DNA of 64,000 nucleotides from an uncultured Verrucomicrobiae bacterium (GTDB lineage: Bacteria; Verrucomicrobiota; Verrucomicrobiia; Chthoniobacterales; UBA10450): assembly GCA_963726745.1 (NCBI GenBank), contig CAVSDR010000003.1, positions 32,001-96,000 of the forward strand. The letters are read 5' to 3'. Of this stretch, positions 21,302 through 31,347 are shown piece after piece; position 1 is the first letter of the stretch; each line of letters begins with the position of its first letter. The notes under the pieces are model-generated. The model had not been told where the DNA came from, did no database searches, and was given only the letters and a program-made list of their open reading frames with translations. A program made the position numbers and the translations under genes.

Positions 21302-21724
21302 ATGAAACAAGAAGCCCCCCACCATCAGCCATTGCGGATTCTGTGCGCGGATGACAACGCCGAATTGGTCGAGCTAATTGCCGAAGGCCTGCAGTTTCAC
21401 GGGTATCGCGTGGACTACGTCTTCGATGGCAACCAGGCGCTCGCGGCGATCGAGGCGCAACCGGAAAAGTTCGACCTCCTGATCACCGACATGCAGATGC
21501 CCACGCTCGACGGCTACAACCTGATCGTGCAGGCCCGCGCGGCCGGGTTTCGCGGCAAAGTGATCGTCTTCGCGGGCGCGCTGACCCCGGAGGATCGCGC
21601 GCGCCTGGCCGCGCTCGGTGTGGCCGCAGTGGTGGATAAGCCGGCGCAAAATCGCCATCTCCTGCGCGAAGTCGCGCGCCTGCAGACGGAGCTTTGGGAG
21701 CAATCGAACGCGCACGCTGCCTAA
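21302..21724 (+). CDS. Single-domain response regulator (receiver)
   Basis: ILCADD, DLLITDMQMPTLDG, VVDKP. Confidence 0.88.
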   Translation: MKQEAPHHQPLRILCADDNAELVELIAEGLQFHGYRVDYVFDGNQALAAIEAQPEKFDLLITDMQMPTLDGYNLIVQARAAGFRGKVIVFAGALTPEDRARLAALGVAAVVDKPAQNRHLLREVARLQTELWEQSNAHAA

Positions 21725-21782
21725 CGAGCCGGAAGCATCCATTTGTCGGCCGGCGCTTTCGCGGGAAAGCTGGGCCGCGTCC

Positions 21783-23076
21783 ATGAACACGACCATCGCC
21801 TCCCTCGGCCCGGCTACGGTGCGCTCGCCTCTCCTGCATGGGAGCGGCGCGCCGACGAAACTCCGCCACGACGCCGAGCGCGTCCTCTTTGACGACAAGC
21901 TCGGCGCAGCAGCCGACGCCGCCGGCGGCGAGCCCGCCAGCTTCGAGCTCGCCGGGCCGCGCGAGTCGCTCTTCTTCGACCCACCAAAGGTCACCGCCGG
22001 CATCGTCACCTGCGGCGGCATTTGCCCGGGATTAAACGACGTCATCCGCGGCCTCGTGCGCACCCTCGCCCTGCGCTACAGCACCACCCGCATCTACGGG
22101 TTTCGCTTCGGCTACGAGGGGCTCGTTCCACGCCTCGGGCACGTGCCCGTGATGCTTAAGCCGGACTCCGTCGACCCGATCCACATTTTCGGCGGAACCA
22201 TCCTCGGCACCTCGCGCGGACCGCAGAACACCTCCGAAATGGTGGACCTGCTCGAGGAAATGAAGATCGATATCCTTTTCGTCGTCGGCGGCGATGGCAC
22301 CCTCCGCGGCGCGGCCGAGCTCTGCGCGGAGATCCATCGCCGGGGCCTCCCGAAGAGCATCATCGGCATCCCGAAGACGATCGATAACGACATCATGTTC
22401 CTCGATAAAAGCTTCGGCTTCGAGACCGCTTTTGCCGAGGCCGTGAAGGTGCTCACCTGCGCGCACACCGAGGCGCTCGGGTGCGATCAATGGCGTCGGC
22501 CTGGTGAAATTGATGGGGCGCGACTCCGGCTTCATCGCCTCCTCGGCCGCGCTCGCCGCGAACGTGGCCAACTTCGTCCTCATCCCCGAGATCCCCTTCC
22601 GCCTCGAGGGCGATGGCGGCCTGCTCGAGATGTTGCGCTACCGGATCGCGCGCCGGAAACATGCGGTCATCGTCGTGGCCGAAGGCGCCGGGCAGGAATT
22701 GCTCCCGCCGAGCTACACCACCGACGCCTCCGGCAATCGGCGCCTCGGCGACATCGGCGTTTTTTTACGCGACGAAATCAACGCTTTCTTCCGCGAGCGC
22801 CGCACGGAAGTGAACGTGAAATACATCGACCCGAGCTACATCATCCGCAGCGTCCCCGCCTCCGCGCAGGACAACTTCTTCTGCTCGCGCCTGGCGCAGA
22901 ATGCCGTCCACGCCGCCATGGCCGGGAAGACCGGGATGGTCGTGGGCCAATGGCACGGCGCCTTCGTCCATCTCCCGCTCGAGCTGGTCACCCAGGGCCG
23001 CCGTCGGGTGAACCCCGAAGGCGAGCTTTGGCAATCGGTCCTCGAGCACACGGGGCAGCCGACTTACATGGGGTAG
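21783..23076 (+). CDS. pfkA: 6-phosphofructokinase (clade X-like, probably ATP-dependent); frameshift near 22482
   Basis: [47 protein letters not shown]. Confidence 0.9.
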
Positions 23077-23186
23077 CGAGCGCGCAAAGAGCCGCGCGGC
23101 GGCCTCGCCTGAGCGCATTTCGGAAACGCCGGGGGTGATCCACAAAGCCCCGGCTTCGCCGGTCCAGCCGCGAAAGCTTTAGGAAG

Positions 23187-23542
23187 TGGAGGCGAGGGGA
23201 GTCGAACCCCTGTCCTCGAAGCCATCTGCGCAAGCTTCTACAGGTTTAGCCGGTGATTTATTTTTAAGGAGCCGAAGGCTGCGCCGGCACACTTCGTCTC
23301 CCGAGCCACCACGAAATTCCTTCACCGTCCGGCGCGGTCACTCCGCCGTCCGATTAGCCTGCTGTCCATGTTCCCGGCCGTAGCAGGCGTCCAACCGGGA
23401 ACATCGCAGTCAATTAAGCCGCGAGAGCGAGATCTTGGTGATCTGCGTTTATTTTTTTTGGTCCGGATTTTAACGAGGCCAACGAACCATCCTCGACCTG
23501 CCGCCTGCGTTTCAAACAACGAGTCGAAACCAGTGCGCCCCC
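23187..23542 (-). ncRNA. ssrA: tmRNA; tag reading frame 23446..23414 encodes (A)ADHQDLALAA*
   Basis: 5' GGGGGCGCACTGGTTTCGAC and 3' GGTTCGACTCCCCTCGCCTCCA form an acceptor stem with a G3.U pair; resume context AAATAAAC-GCA; tag ends LALAA. Confidence 0.95.
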
Positions 23543-23646
23543 TTCAACGCCGCCAGCATACCGCAGCGCGTCGCGCGCTTCAACCTCGCGCTTACCGCAG
23601 AGAATCTCCTTGCGTCCCCTCCCCGTGCGCGTCACGGATTCATCTC

Positions 23647-24459
23647 ATGCCGCTGCGCCTCAATGTCAGCAGTCGCGCCTCCAAGCTGAGCGGCGGCGAT
23701 GCCCTCTGCATCTCGATCCCGAATAGCGGGCGGACTTGGATTCGCACCTTTCTCGCGGCCTATTATTGCGCGCGCTTTGGCCACGAGTTTTCGCTCGCGC
23801 CGGAGAGCTACGGCGACGCCCGCATCCCGCGCGTGATCTACACGCACGATCTCTACGAGCATCATACCAAGGGCCGGGCCTACGATCGTCTCCGGAGTAA
23901 ATATCTCGTCCCGCGCGCGGAGATTACGCGCGCCGCGATCCTTCTGCTGGCGCGCGATCCGCGCGACGCCTTTGTCTCGCATTCGCTCGAATTGCGCCGC
24001 CGCACCGCGGAAACTGCCGGCGAATTGAAAGACCGCAGCATCGGCGAAATCCTGCGCGATCCGATCCACGGGATCGACCTGATGGTGGAGACGATGAACG
24101 CCTGGCTGCGGGAGTTTAGCCAGCGCGCTGATTGCCTCCTGGTCCGCTACGAAGACCTGCACGCCGCGCCGGAGAAAGAGTTCCGCGCGATCCTTGCGCT
24201 CCTCGGCGAGGCCGCGCCGAACGAGGAAAAGTTCGCGCATGCGCTCGGGTTCTCGCAGTTCGGGAACATGAAAAAGATGGAAGCCTCGCGGCAATACGAT
24301 CCGCAACTCCTGCAACCCGGGGACGTGAACGACCCCGAGTCCTACAAGGTCCGCCGCGGCAAGGTCGCCGGCTATCGCGATTACCTCCAGGGCGAAGACC
24401 TGGCCTACGCGGACGCCGCGGTTGCGCGGCTCGACCCGCGCTTCGGCTACGCGGCCTAA
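23647..24459 (+). CDS. Sulfotransferase-domain protein
   Basis: SIPNSGRTW (5'-PSB-like), RDPRDAFVS (3'-PB), VRYEDL, KVRRGKVAGY. Confidence 0.8.
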   Translation: MPLRLNVSSRASKLSGGDALCISIPNSGRTWIRTFLAAYYCARFGHEFSLAPESYGDARIPRVIYTHDLYEHHTKGRAYDRLRSKYLVPRAEITRAAILLLARDPRDAFVSHSLELRRRTAETAGELKDRSIGEILRDPIHGIDLMVETMNAWLREFSQRADCLLVRYEDLHAAPEKEFRAILALLGEAAPNEEKFAHALGFSQFGNMKKMEASRQYDPQLLQPGDVNDPESYKVRRGKVAGYRDYLQGEDLAYADAAVARLDPRFGYAA

Positions 24460-24465
24460 CGAGCG

Positions 24466-26298
24466 ATGTGCGGCATCGCCGGCTACGCCAGCCCGGAAAA
24501 GCGCACGCCGCTGCTGCGCGCGCTCTGCGACGGCCTGCGTCATCGTGGGCCAGATGATGCCGGCTATTTCGAGGCGCCCGGGATTGGCCTGGGGATGCGG
24601 CGGCTGAGCATCGTCGATCTCTCCGGCGGCCACCAGCCGATGGCGAACGAGGACGGCAGCGTGGTGGTGGTTTTTAACGGCGAGATCTACAACTACGTCG
24701 AGCTGCGCGCCGGGCTGGTCGAGCGGGGCCATCGCCTAACGACTCATTCGGACACGGAAACGCTGGTCCATCTTTACGAAGAACACGGCCTCGAGATGCT
24801 CAATTTCCTGCGCGGGATGTTTGCCTTCGCGCTCTGGGATGCACGGAAGGGTCGACTCTTCCTGGCGCGCGATCGGCTCGGGAAAAAGCCATTGAATTAC
24901 TTCCTCAGCGGCTCCGGGATCGTCTTCTCCTCCGAGCTCGCGCCGCTCCTCGACCAGCGCCTGGCCGCATGGGAAATCGACCCCGCGGCGCTCGCGGCTT
25001 ACCTGCAATTTGGCTACATCTCCGCGCCGCGCACGATCGTGCGACAGCTGCACAAACTCCCGCCCGCGCATTACCTCACCTGGCAAAATGGCGCGGTCGA
25101 AGTGCAGCGCTACTGGGCCTTCACGCAGAAGCCGAAGACGCGGCGCACGCACCAGGAAGCGCTCGTGGAAGTGCGCGAGAAGCTCGACGAAAGCATTCGC
25201 CTGCGCTTGCGCAGCGATGTTCCGCTCGGCCTGCTCCTGAGCGGCGGGCTCGACTCGAATGCGATCCTCGCGCGCCTCGTCCGCGGGATCGGTCACAAGG
25301 TCCAGGCTTTCACGGTGGGCTTCGCGGAAAAGGAATACGACGAGACCGCGATCGCGCGCCTTTCCGCGGAGCACTTCGGCGTGGAGCACCATGTCCTGCG
25401 GGGCGACCCCAACCTGCTCGGGCTCCTCCCGGAAGCGGTGCGGCATTACGGCGAGCCGAACGCCGACAAGTCGATTTTGCCGACGCTGCTCGTCTGCGGC
25501 CTCACCCGGCAGCACGTGAAAGTCGCGCTGAGCGGCGATGGCGGCGACGAGGCTTTCGCCGGCTACACGAAGCATCGATTGCAACCCTGGCAGGTGAAGT
25601 TGTCGGCTCTTTTGCCGGCCACTTGGAAGGAGCGCTGGACGCTCGCCTCGATGCTTGGGGGCAGCAAAGCCGGGGGCAAATTGCGCCGCCGCCTCCTCGC
25701 GGAAACGCCGAGCCTCTTCTCCGGCGAAATGTTTTCCGGCGAGCACTTCGCGGCCCTGGCGACGGATCATTTGCGCGCCGAAAGCGATAATTTCCTGCGC
25801 GGCTGGGTGGCCCACTTCTGGGAGGACGAGCTCGAGCCGCTCGAGCGCATCCTCCGCTGGGACAACACCGATCCGCTGCCAAATTCCCTGCTGACGAAAC
25901 TGGACATCGCGAGCATGGCTCGCAGCCTTGAGGTGCGTTCGCCCTTCCTCGACCACGAGCTGGTTGAGCTCTGCGCGCGTTTGCCTAACGAGTGGAAAGG
26001 CAATGCCCAGCAGGGCAAGCTCCTCCTGCGCGAGATCGTCGCGCCGGATCTGCCGCCGGAAGTGCTCCAGGCGCGGAAGCGCGGCTTCTCCGTGCCGCTG
26101 GCGCAGTGGTGGCGCGAAGGGGCACGCGGGCAAATCCGTGACGGACTACAGCCGTTGCATCCCGCGCTCCAGCCTTTCCTCTGCGAAAAGGCGATCGCGC
26201 GACTGCTGGAGGAACATCAATCCGGCCGAGCGAATCACGCACAGCGCCTCTGGAATCTTTGGGTCTTGAACGAATGGGCGCGGCAATTTCTGCCATGA
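24466..26298 (+). CDS. asnB: Asparagine synthase (glutamine-hydrolysing) family amidotransferase
   Basis: MCGIAG, RHRGPD, FNGEIYN, LSGGLDS, SGDGGDE, EVRSPFLD. Confidence 0.92.
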   Translation: MCGIAGYASPEKRTPLLRALCDGLRHRGPDDAGYFEAPGIGLGMRRLSIVDLSGGHQPMANEDGSVVVVFNGEIYNYVELRAGLVERGHRLTTHSDTETLVHLYEEHGLEMLNFLRGMFAFALWDARKGRLFLARDRLGKKPLNYFLSGSGIVFSSELAPLLDQRLAAWEIDPAALAAYLQFGYISAPRTIVRQLHKLPPAHYLTWQNGAVEVQRYWAFTQKPKTRRTHQEALVEVREKLDESIRLRLRSDVPLGLLLSGGLDSNAILARLVRGIGHKVQAFTVGFAEKEYDETAIARLSAEHFGVEHHVLRGDPNLLGLLPEAVRHYGEPNADKSILPTLLVCGLTRQHVKVALSGDGGDEAFAGYTKHRLQPWQVKLSALLPATWKERWTLASMLGGSKAGGKLRRRLLAETPSLFSGEMFSGEHFAALATDHLRAESDNFLRGWVAHFWEDELEPLERILRWDNTDPLPNSLLTKLDIASMARSLEVRSPFLDHELVELCARLPNEWKGNAQQGKLLLREIVAPDLPPEVLQARKRGFSVPLAQWWREGARGQIRDGLQPLHPALQPFLCEKAIARLLEEHQSGRANHAQRLWNLWVLNEWARQFLP

Positions 26299-27075
26299 AC
26301 GACGCCTCCATCGCCATCGTGGTTTCGAGTTGCGACGCCTTCTTCGATTGCTGGCGGCCGTTCGCATTTTTCTGGCGCAAATATTGGCCGGAGTGCCCGT
26401 TCCCCGTGCACCTGATCACGAATGAGCTGGAGGTGCGCTCGTCGTCGATCCGCGCCCTCCGCGTGGGCCCGGATCGCGGCTGGGCCTCGAACATGATCCG
26501 CGCCCTCGAGCAACTCGAGACCTCGCACGTGCTCTACCTGCAGGAGGATTATTTCCTCGAGGCGCCGGTGCGCGCGGAGATGCTCGCGCAGGATTTAGCC
26601 GACGCCTTGGCCCAGGAAGCGGACGCGTTTTGCTTCCGCGCGCGCTCGGAACTCGAGCCAGACTTTGAGCATTTGAACGACCGCTTTGGTGTGGTTCCCG
26701 TGAACTCCGACGGCCGCACGCGTTGTCAGACGACCCTTTGGAAGCGCGCGTCGTTGCTCGCGGTTTTGCGCGAAGGCGAGGACGCCTGGGAAATGGAGGC
26801 GCAAGGGAGCGCGCGCACCCGCGAGCTGCGGATCCTTTCGTATAGCCAGCGCGCAAACGTCCCCCTGCCCTACCTGATGTCGGCGATCGTGCGCGGACTC
26901 TGGACGCCGGAGGCGCTGGCGATGTGCGCCGCCGCAGGCTGCGAAATCCGGCCGCATTTTCGCGGGACTTACTCGCGCGAACAAACTTTGGCAGCGCTTT
27001 CAGCGCGCGCTTACGCGGCGGCGCCTGCCGGGCGCACGGGCGACGCAAGCCGGGGCGCCGGTGGCGCTGGACTGA
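26295..27075 (+). CDS. Putative glycosyltransferase (GT-A-like); probable frameshift near 26978, 3' end uncertain
   Basis: IVVSSCD..FDCW, GWASNM, VLYLQEDYFL (DxD-like), TTLWKR, DAWEME. Confidence 0.6.
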
Positions 27076-28736
27076 GCACCCGCGCGGCGCGCCGGAGGAC
27101 GCGCGCGCCCGTTTCCGCGAGAAACAAAATCCCCATGCCGACTGCGAGCAAGGCGAAGGCGTATTGCGCTTCGCTGTAGCGCTCGATGTGCATCGAGTGG
27201 AGCACAGAGGTCCCGAGGGTGTTGCCGAAGTTGTAGCCGAAAACGAGCAGTGTGGCCCCGGCCAGCGGCCAGAGCGCCTTCCGCCACGTGCGCCGCAGGA
27301 GAATGCCTAACGAGACCAAAACCGTGCCCAAAAGCACTGGTAAATAAAGAAGGGCGAGGCACCATTTCGCCACGCGCACCAAAAGGCTTTGCGGAATCAC
27401 GGCCTTGGTTTTCGCGAGCCGGGGAAGCTCCGCGAGGTAGCGCGCAAAGATCGGCGCGCGCGCTTCTTCCGTGGTCGCGCGGGTGAGATTCTCCGCGCTG
27501 CCAGCGTAGAAACGATCGAGGTCGAGCGTGCTGCGCCGGCCGAAGCTGGGGTTGCCGCTCCAGCGATAGAAGAGGCCCAGCTGCGTGGCCACCTTGTGCG
27601 CCATTGCGCCGGGCTGCCGGCGGACCGTGCGCCAATAGTAGTGCCGGTAAAAGGCCAGGAGCTGCTCGTGGTCGCCCGCGAAGAAACGCTCCGGCCACGC
27701 CGCGATCCCCGGCGAGTGATAGAAGAGGTAATCGGGATCGAAGCCGAAGCTCTCGTATTGCCGGCTATTTTCCCAGGACTTCACCAGCTCCACGTGCAAA
27801 CTCGCGGCCACTTCCCCGAGCCAGCCGCAGGCATAGGGCGCGCACTCGCCGTGCGCCACATCCGCGTCCATCTGCCGCGCGATCAGGTTCGCATGGATCG
27901 TGAACAAACTCTCCGCGAGGAAGGAGGGCGCACCGGGATCGGATCGGGCCAGCCGGCTTTCGGTCAGGAACAAGGCCGTTGCTACCAGGAGCCCCGCGCC
28001 CAGCACGGCGGCGCGGCGCGACCAGAGTTCCCGCCGAGCGCACAGCGCGAGCAACACCGGCACGACGCTGAACCAAACGGTGAGCGCAAAACTGGTCTTG
28101 AGCGTGGCCAGGAGCGCGGAGTTCACCAGGACCGCGCCCGCCGATCCAGGCCGCACGATTCGACGGCGCCTGCCGAAAGCGCAGGCGAAAAAACCGCAGC
28201 GTGAGCCAGATATTGAGCAATGCAAAAAAAGGCGTGATCGCTTCCGGCCGGAGGTCGAGCTCGTAGTGCAGCGGCCGGCTCGAGTGGAGGTAGATCGCAG
28301 CCAGGCCGAGGAAGAAAAACCGGCTCGCGAGCCGCGGCAGGCCACGCAGGAGCGGCTCGAGTTCTCGCCCCGCCGCGAGCAGGAGCGCGCCCGTGCCCAG
28401 CCCGAGCGCATGCTGCAGCGCGCCAATCCCGGCGAAACTCTTCGTTAGGCCAAGAACCAGGAGAAGGAACCCCGGATAGAGAAAATTCCGCCCGTACGTA
28501 TGGGTAAACGAGCCCCCCGCCAGCTTCGCAATCGCCGGGTGGAGATAGCCCCAGCTATCGCGATCGGCCAGCGGCCAAAGCGGCAGGCCGAAACGCGTCG
28601 TCGCCGCCGAGAGAAACACCAGCGCGAGGAGCGCGAAGTAGCAGAGCGTTCCCGCGAGACGCAGCCCACGAAGGACGGCCGGCGACGGCTGGAGCCGGGC
28701 CCAGAGATTGTCGGCTAAATTTCCCAGCGTCCCCAT
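27011..28736 (-). CDS. Polytopic membrane protein, possible GT-C-fold glycosyltransferase; frameshift near 28135
   Basis: Many TM segments; DRDSWGY after TM1, RNFLYPGFL, LRPEAI and a large extracytoplasmic loop. Confidence 0.55.
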
Positions 28737-28757
28737 TTGACCCGGGGAAGCATGGCC

Positions 28758-29636
28758 CTAGCGCAACGGTCGCGCCACGAGGATTCCGGTGTGACTGCCG
28801 AAGCGGTTCAAGTAAGTCGAGAGGCTCGAATCCACCACCACCTTGCCGAAATTCCGCGGCGCGGAAGCGTGCATGAAGTGGAGCACGCCATCGCTGGTGC
28901 GATACGCCAGGCCCACGTGCGAAGTGCCGAAGAGCCGGCCGTCGCGCGAGACAATCCCGATGATGTCGCCGCTGCGCAGCTTCCCCTCGATCGCGGCCAC
29001 GCGGCTTTTTGGGATCTGGTAAAGCCGGTGGCTGGAGACCCGCGCCTCCATTTGCGCCAGCGGACGCATGAGCGAGCGATTCGCGCGCAGGTAGCGGTAG
29101 CCGCGCCAGCCACGCGTCATCTCCTGAGCGGCGTGCGGCACGCTCACGCCGCCAAGTTGCCGGGTCAGATCCTCCACCAGGCCGCGGCGGTCGTTATCCG
29201 CCAGCCAATCCTCGAGGTAATGCAGGCGCGAAAGATACTCGCCGGTGCACTCGCCGCCGCGGTAGCGATCGAGCTCAATGAAATGGAGCAAGCGCTGCGG
29301 CGTCCAGTTCTCCTCCGGCTCGGCCAGCATCCGGGCGAAGGCGAGCGAGATCTCAAAGAAGGTCCAGCAATCCTGGCCATCGAAATTCACCGAGGGGGCC
29401 TCGATGCGGTCGTCGATCTCGAGGGTGAAACCTTTGTAGCGCGTCCCGACCATCGCGTGGCCGACGGCGGCGGTGCGCTCGCCGATCGGGAGCGCGCTCC
29501 AGTTCTCCGCGCGCGCTTCCTTGACCAGGCGGTCGAATTTATCGCGTCCCTTGAAGACGGTCGAAAACGGAAGCGCGGCGGCGGGGAGATCCGCAGCAAG
29601 CAAAAGGAGGCAGAGCGAAAAAAAGAGACGGCGCAT
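28758..29636 (-). CDS. DUF1460 / AmiA-like N-acetylmuramoyl-L-alanine amidase
   Basis: Signal peptide; DCWTFFE, RYRGG, SRLHY, GDII, SHVG, MHAS. Confidence 0.85.
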   Translation of the reverse strand: MRRLFFSLCLLLLAADLPAAALPFSTVFKGRDKFDRLVKEARAENWSALPIGERTAAVGHAMVGTRYKGFTLEIDDRIEAPSVNFDGQDCWTFFEISLAFARMLAEPEENWTPQRLLHFIELDRYRGGECTGEYLSRLHYLEDWLADNDRRGLVEDLTRQLGGVSVPHAAQEMTRGWRGYRYLRANRSLMRPLAQMEARVSSHRLYQIPKSRVAAIEGKLRSGDIIGIVSRDGRLFGTSHVGLAYRTSDGVLHFMHASAPRNFGKVVVDSSLSTYLNRFGSHTGILVARPLR

Positions 29637-29751
29637 TGGTGGAGACACTTCGGTGAAACCTCCAGCGGTGCAAGAAGCAGGCCAGCGTGCGGTGGGTTTT
29701 TGCTCGCTTTTTAGCCGGCAACCTCGGCATCCTCCGCCCGCTCCCATCCCC

Positions 29752-30112
29752 ATGATCACCGGCGCCCACGCGATTATTTACAGCCAGAACGCCGAGGCCG
29801 ACCGCGCCTGCCTGCGCGACGTCTTCGAGCTTTCGCACGTGGATGCGGGCGACGGCTGGCTCATCTTCGGCCTGCCCCCTTCGGAAGTGGCGGTCGCATC
29901 CCGGCGAGGAAAACAGCCGGCACGATCTCTATTTTCTCTGCGACGATGTAGAGGCCTTCCGCGCCGAGGCTGGGAAGCGCGGGCTCACCTGCGAACCGGC
30001 CCAGGACATGGGCTGGGGCGTGCTCACCCATGCGACCCTTCCCGGCGGCGGAAAGATCGGCATCTACCAGCCGCGCCATGCGCGCCCGGCACCGAGGCCG
30101 GCCGCTCGTTAG
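29752..30112 (+). CDS. Glyoxalase/VOC-family protein; frameshift near 29900
   Basis: MITGAHAIIYS..AEADRA..RDV..GWLIFGLPP; HDLYFLCDDV...WG....LPGGGKIGIYQPRH. Confidence 0.8.
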
Positions 30113-30151
30113 GCGCATTGCCGGGAGCCCGCGGCGCGGGTAGCTTGCCCG

Positions 30152-31327
30152 GTGGAAGACTTGTTCCAGGTGGAGGAAGAGGTGAAGGCGGTGAAACCGG
30201 CCACGGCCGCGTCCCCCCTGGCCGCGCGCATGCGGCCGCGCTCGCTCGAGGAATACGTGGGCCAGCAGCACATCCTCGCGCCAGGGAAATTGCTCCGGCG
30301 CGCGATCGAGGCGGACCGGTTGCCGTCGGTGATTCTTTCCGGCCCGCCGGGCACGGGCAAGACCACGCTGGCGCAAATCATCGCGGGGATGACCGGGGCA
30401 AAATTCGAGCGCTTGAGCGGCGTGGAAAGCAACGTCGCGGAGATGCGCAAGGTGGTGGCCGCGGCCGCAAACCGCATCCGCACTTCCGGGCAAAAGACGA
30501 TCCTTTTCGTCGACGAGATTCACCACTTCAACAAAGCGCAGCAGGACATCTTGCTGCCTGATGTGGAGAGCGGAAACCTGCGGCTGATCGGCGCCACGAC
30601 CTACAATCCGTTCTTCTACGTGAACAGCGCGCTGGTCTCGCGCTCGCAGGTTTTCCAGCTCGAGTCCTTGAAGGTCGAGGAGCTCGAAGACCTGATCGAC
30701 CGCGCGCTCGCGGACACCGAACGCGGCCTCGGCCAGCACAAAGTGCGGATGGACGCCGGGGCGAAGCGCCATCTCGCAAAGCTGAGCGACGGCGACGCGC
30801 GGAAATGTCTGAACGCACTCGAAATCGGCGTGCTCACGACCGCGCCAGACGAGCGCGGCGTGATTCATTTCACGCTCGAAGTCGCAGAGGAAACCATCCA
30901 GCACAAGGCGATCGTCTACGATCGCGCGGGCGACGCGCATTACGACACGATCAGCGCCTTCATCAAGAGCATGCGCGCCTCCGACGAGAAGGGCGCGATC
31001 TATTGGCTCGCGAAAATGCTGCATGCCGGCGAAGACGCGCGCTTCATCGCGCGCCGCATCGTCATCTTCGCCAGCGAAGACGTGGGCCTGGCGGATTCGC
31101 GCGCGCTCCTCGTGGCCGTGGCCGCGCAGCAGGCGGTCGAGTTTGTCGGCCTGCCGGAAGGCCGAATCACCCTGGCCCACGCGGTCTGCTACATGTGCCG
31201 GGCGAAGAAAAGCCGCGAATCCTACGACTCGTTAGGCAGCGCTTTGGAAGAAGTCGAGACCGAGCACACCCAGCGCGTCCCCGAGCGCTTGAAGAACAAG
31301 CACTTCCCGGTCAACCCGGAGAAATAG
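30152..31327 (+). CDS. rarA: Replication-associated recombination protein A (AAA+), short C-terminus
   Basis: PLAARMRP, GPPGTGKTT, FVDEIHHFNKAQQD, HYDTISAFIKSMR, ASEDVGLAD. Confidence 0.92.
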   Translation: MEDLFQVEEEVKAVKPATAASPLAARMRPRSLEEYVGQQHILAPGKLLRRAIEADRLPSVILSGPPGTGKTTLAQIIAGMTGAKFERLSGVESNVAEMRKVVAAAANRIRTSGQKTILFVDEIHHFNKAQQDILLPDVESGNLRLIGATTYNPFFYVNSALVSRSQVFQLESLKVEELEDLIDRALADTERGLGQHKVRMDAGAKRHLAKLSDGDARKCLNALEIGVLTTAPDERGVIHFTLEVAEETIQHKAIVYDRAGDAHYDTISAFIKSMRASDEKGAIYWLAKMLHAGEDARFIARRIVIFASEDVGLADSRALLVAVAAQQAVEFVGLPEGRITLAHAVCYMCRAKKSRESYDSLGSALEEVETEHTQRVPERLKNKHFPVNPEK

Positions 31328-31347
31328 CCGACACCCTGAAGGGCGGC

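Noticed and set aside
23080..23190. Island or prophage inserted at the tmRNA 3' end
   Set aside because: pfkA ends about 110 bp away; no integrase or att duplication seen.
23632..26133. Long antisense ORFs (23632..24732, 24736..26133; likewise 2309..3787, 29861..31180, 33461..34549)
   Set aside because: Shadow ORFs opposite well-supported genes, expected at high GC, with no recognisable motifs.
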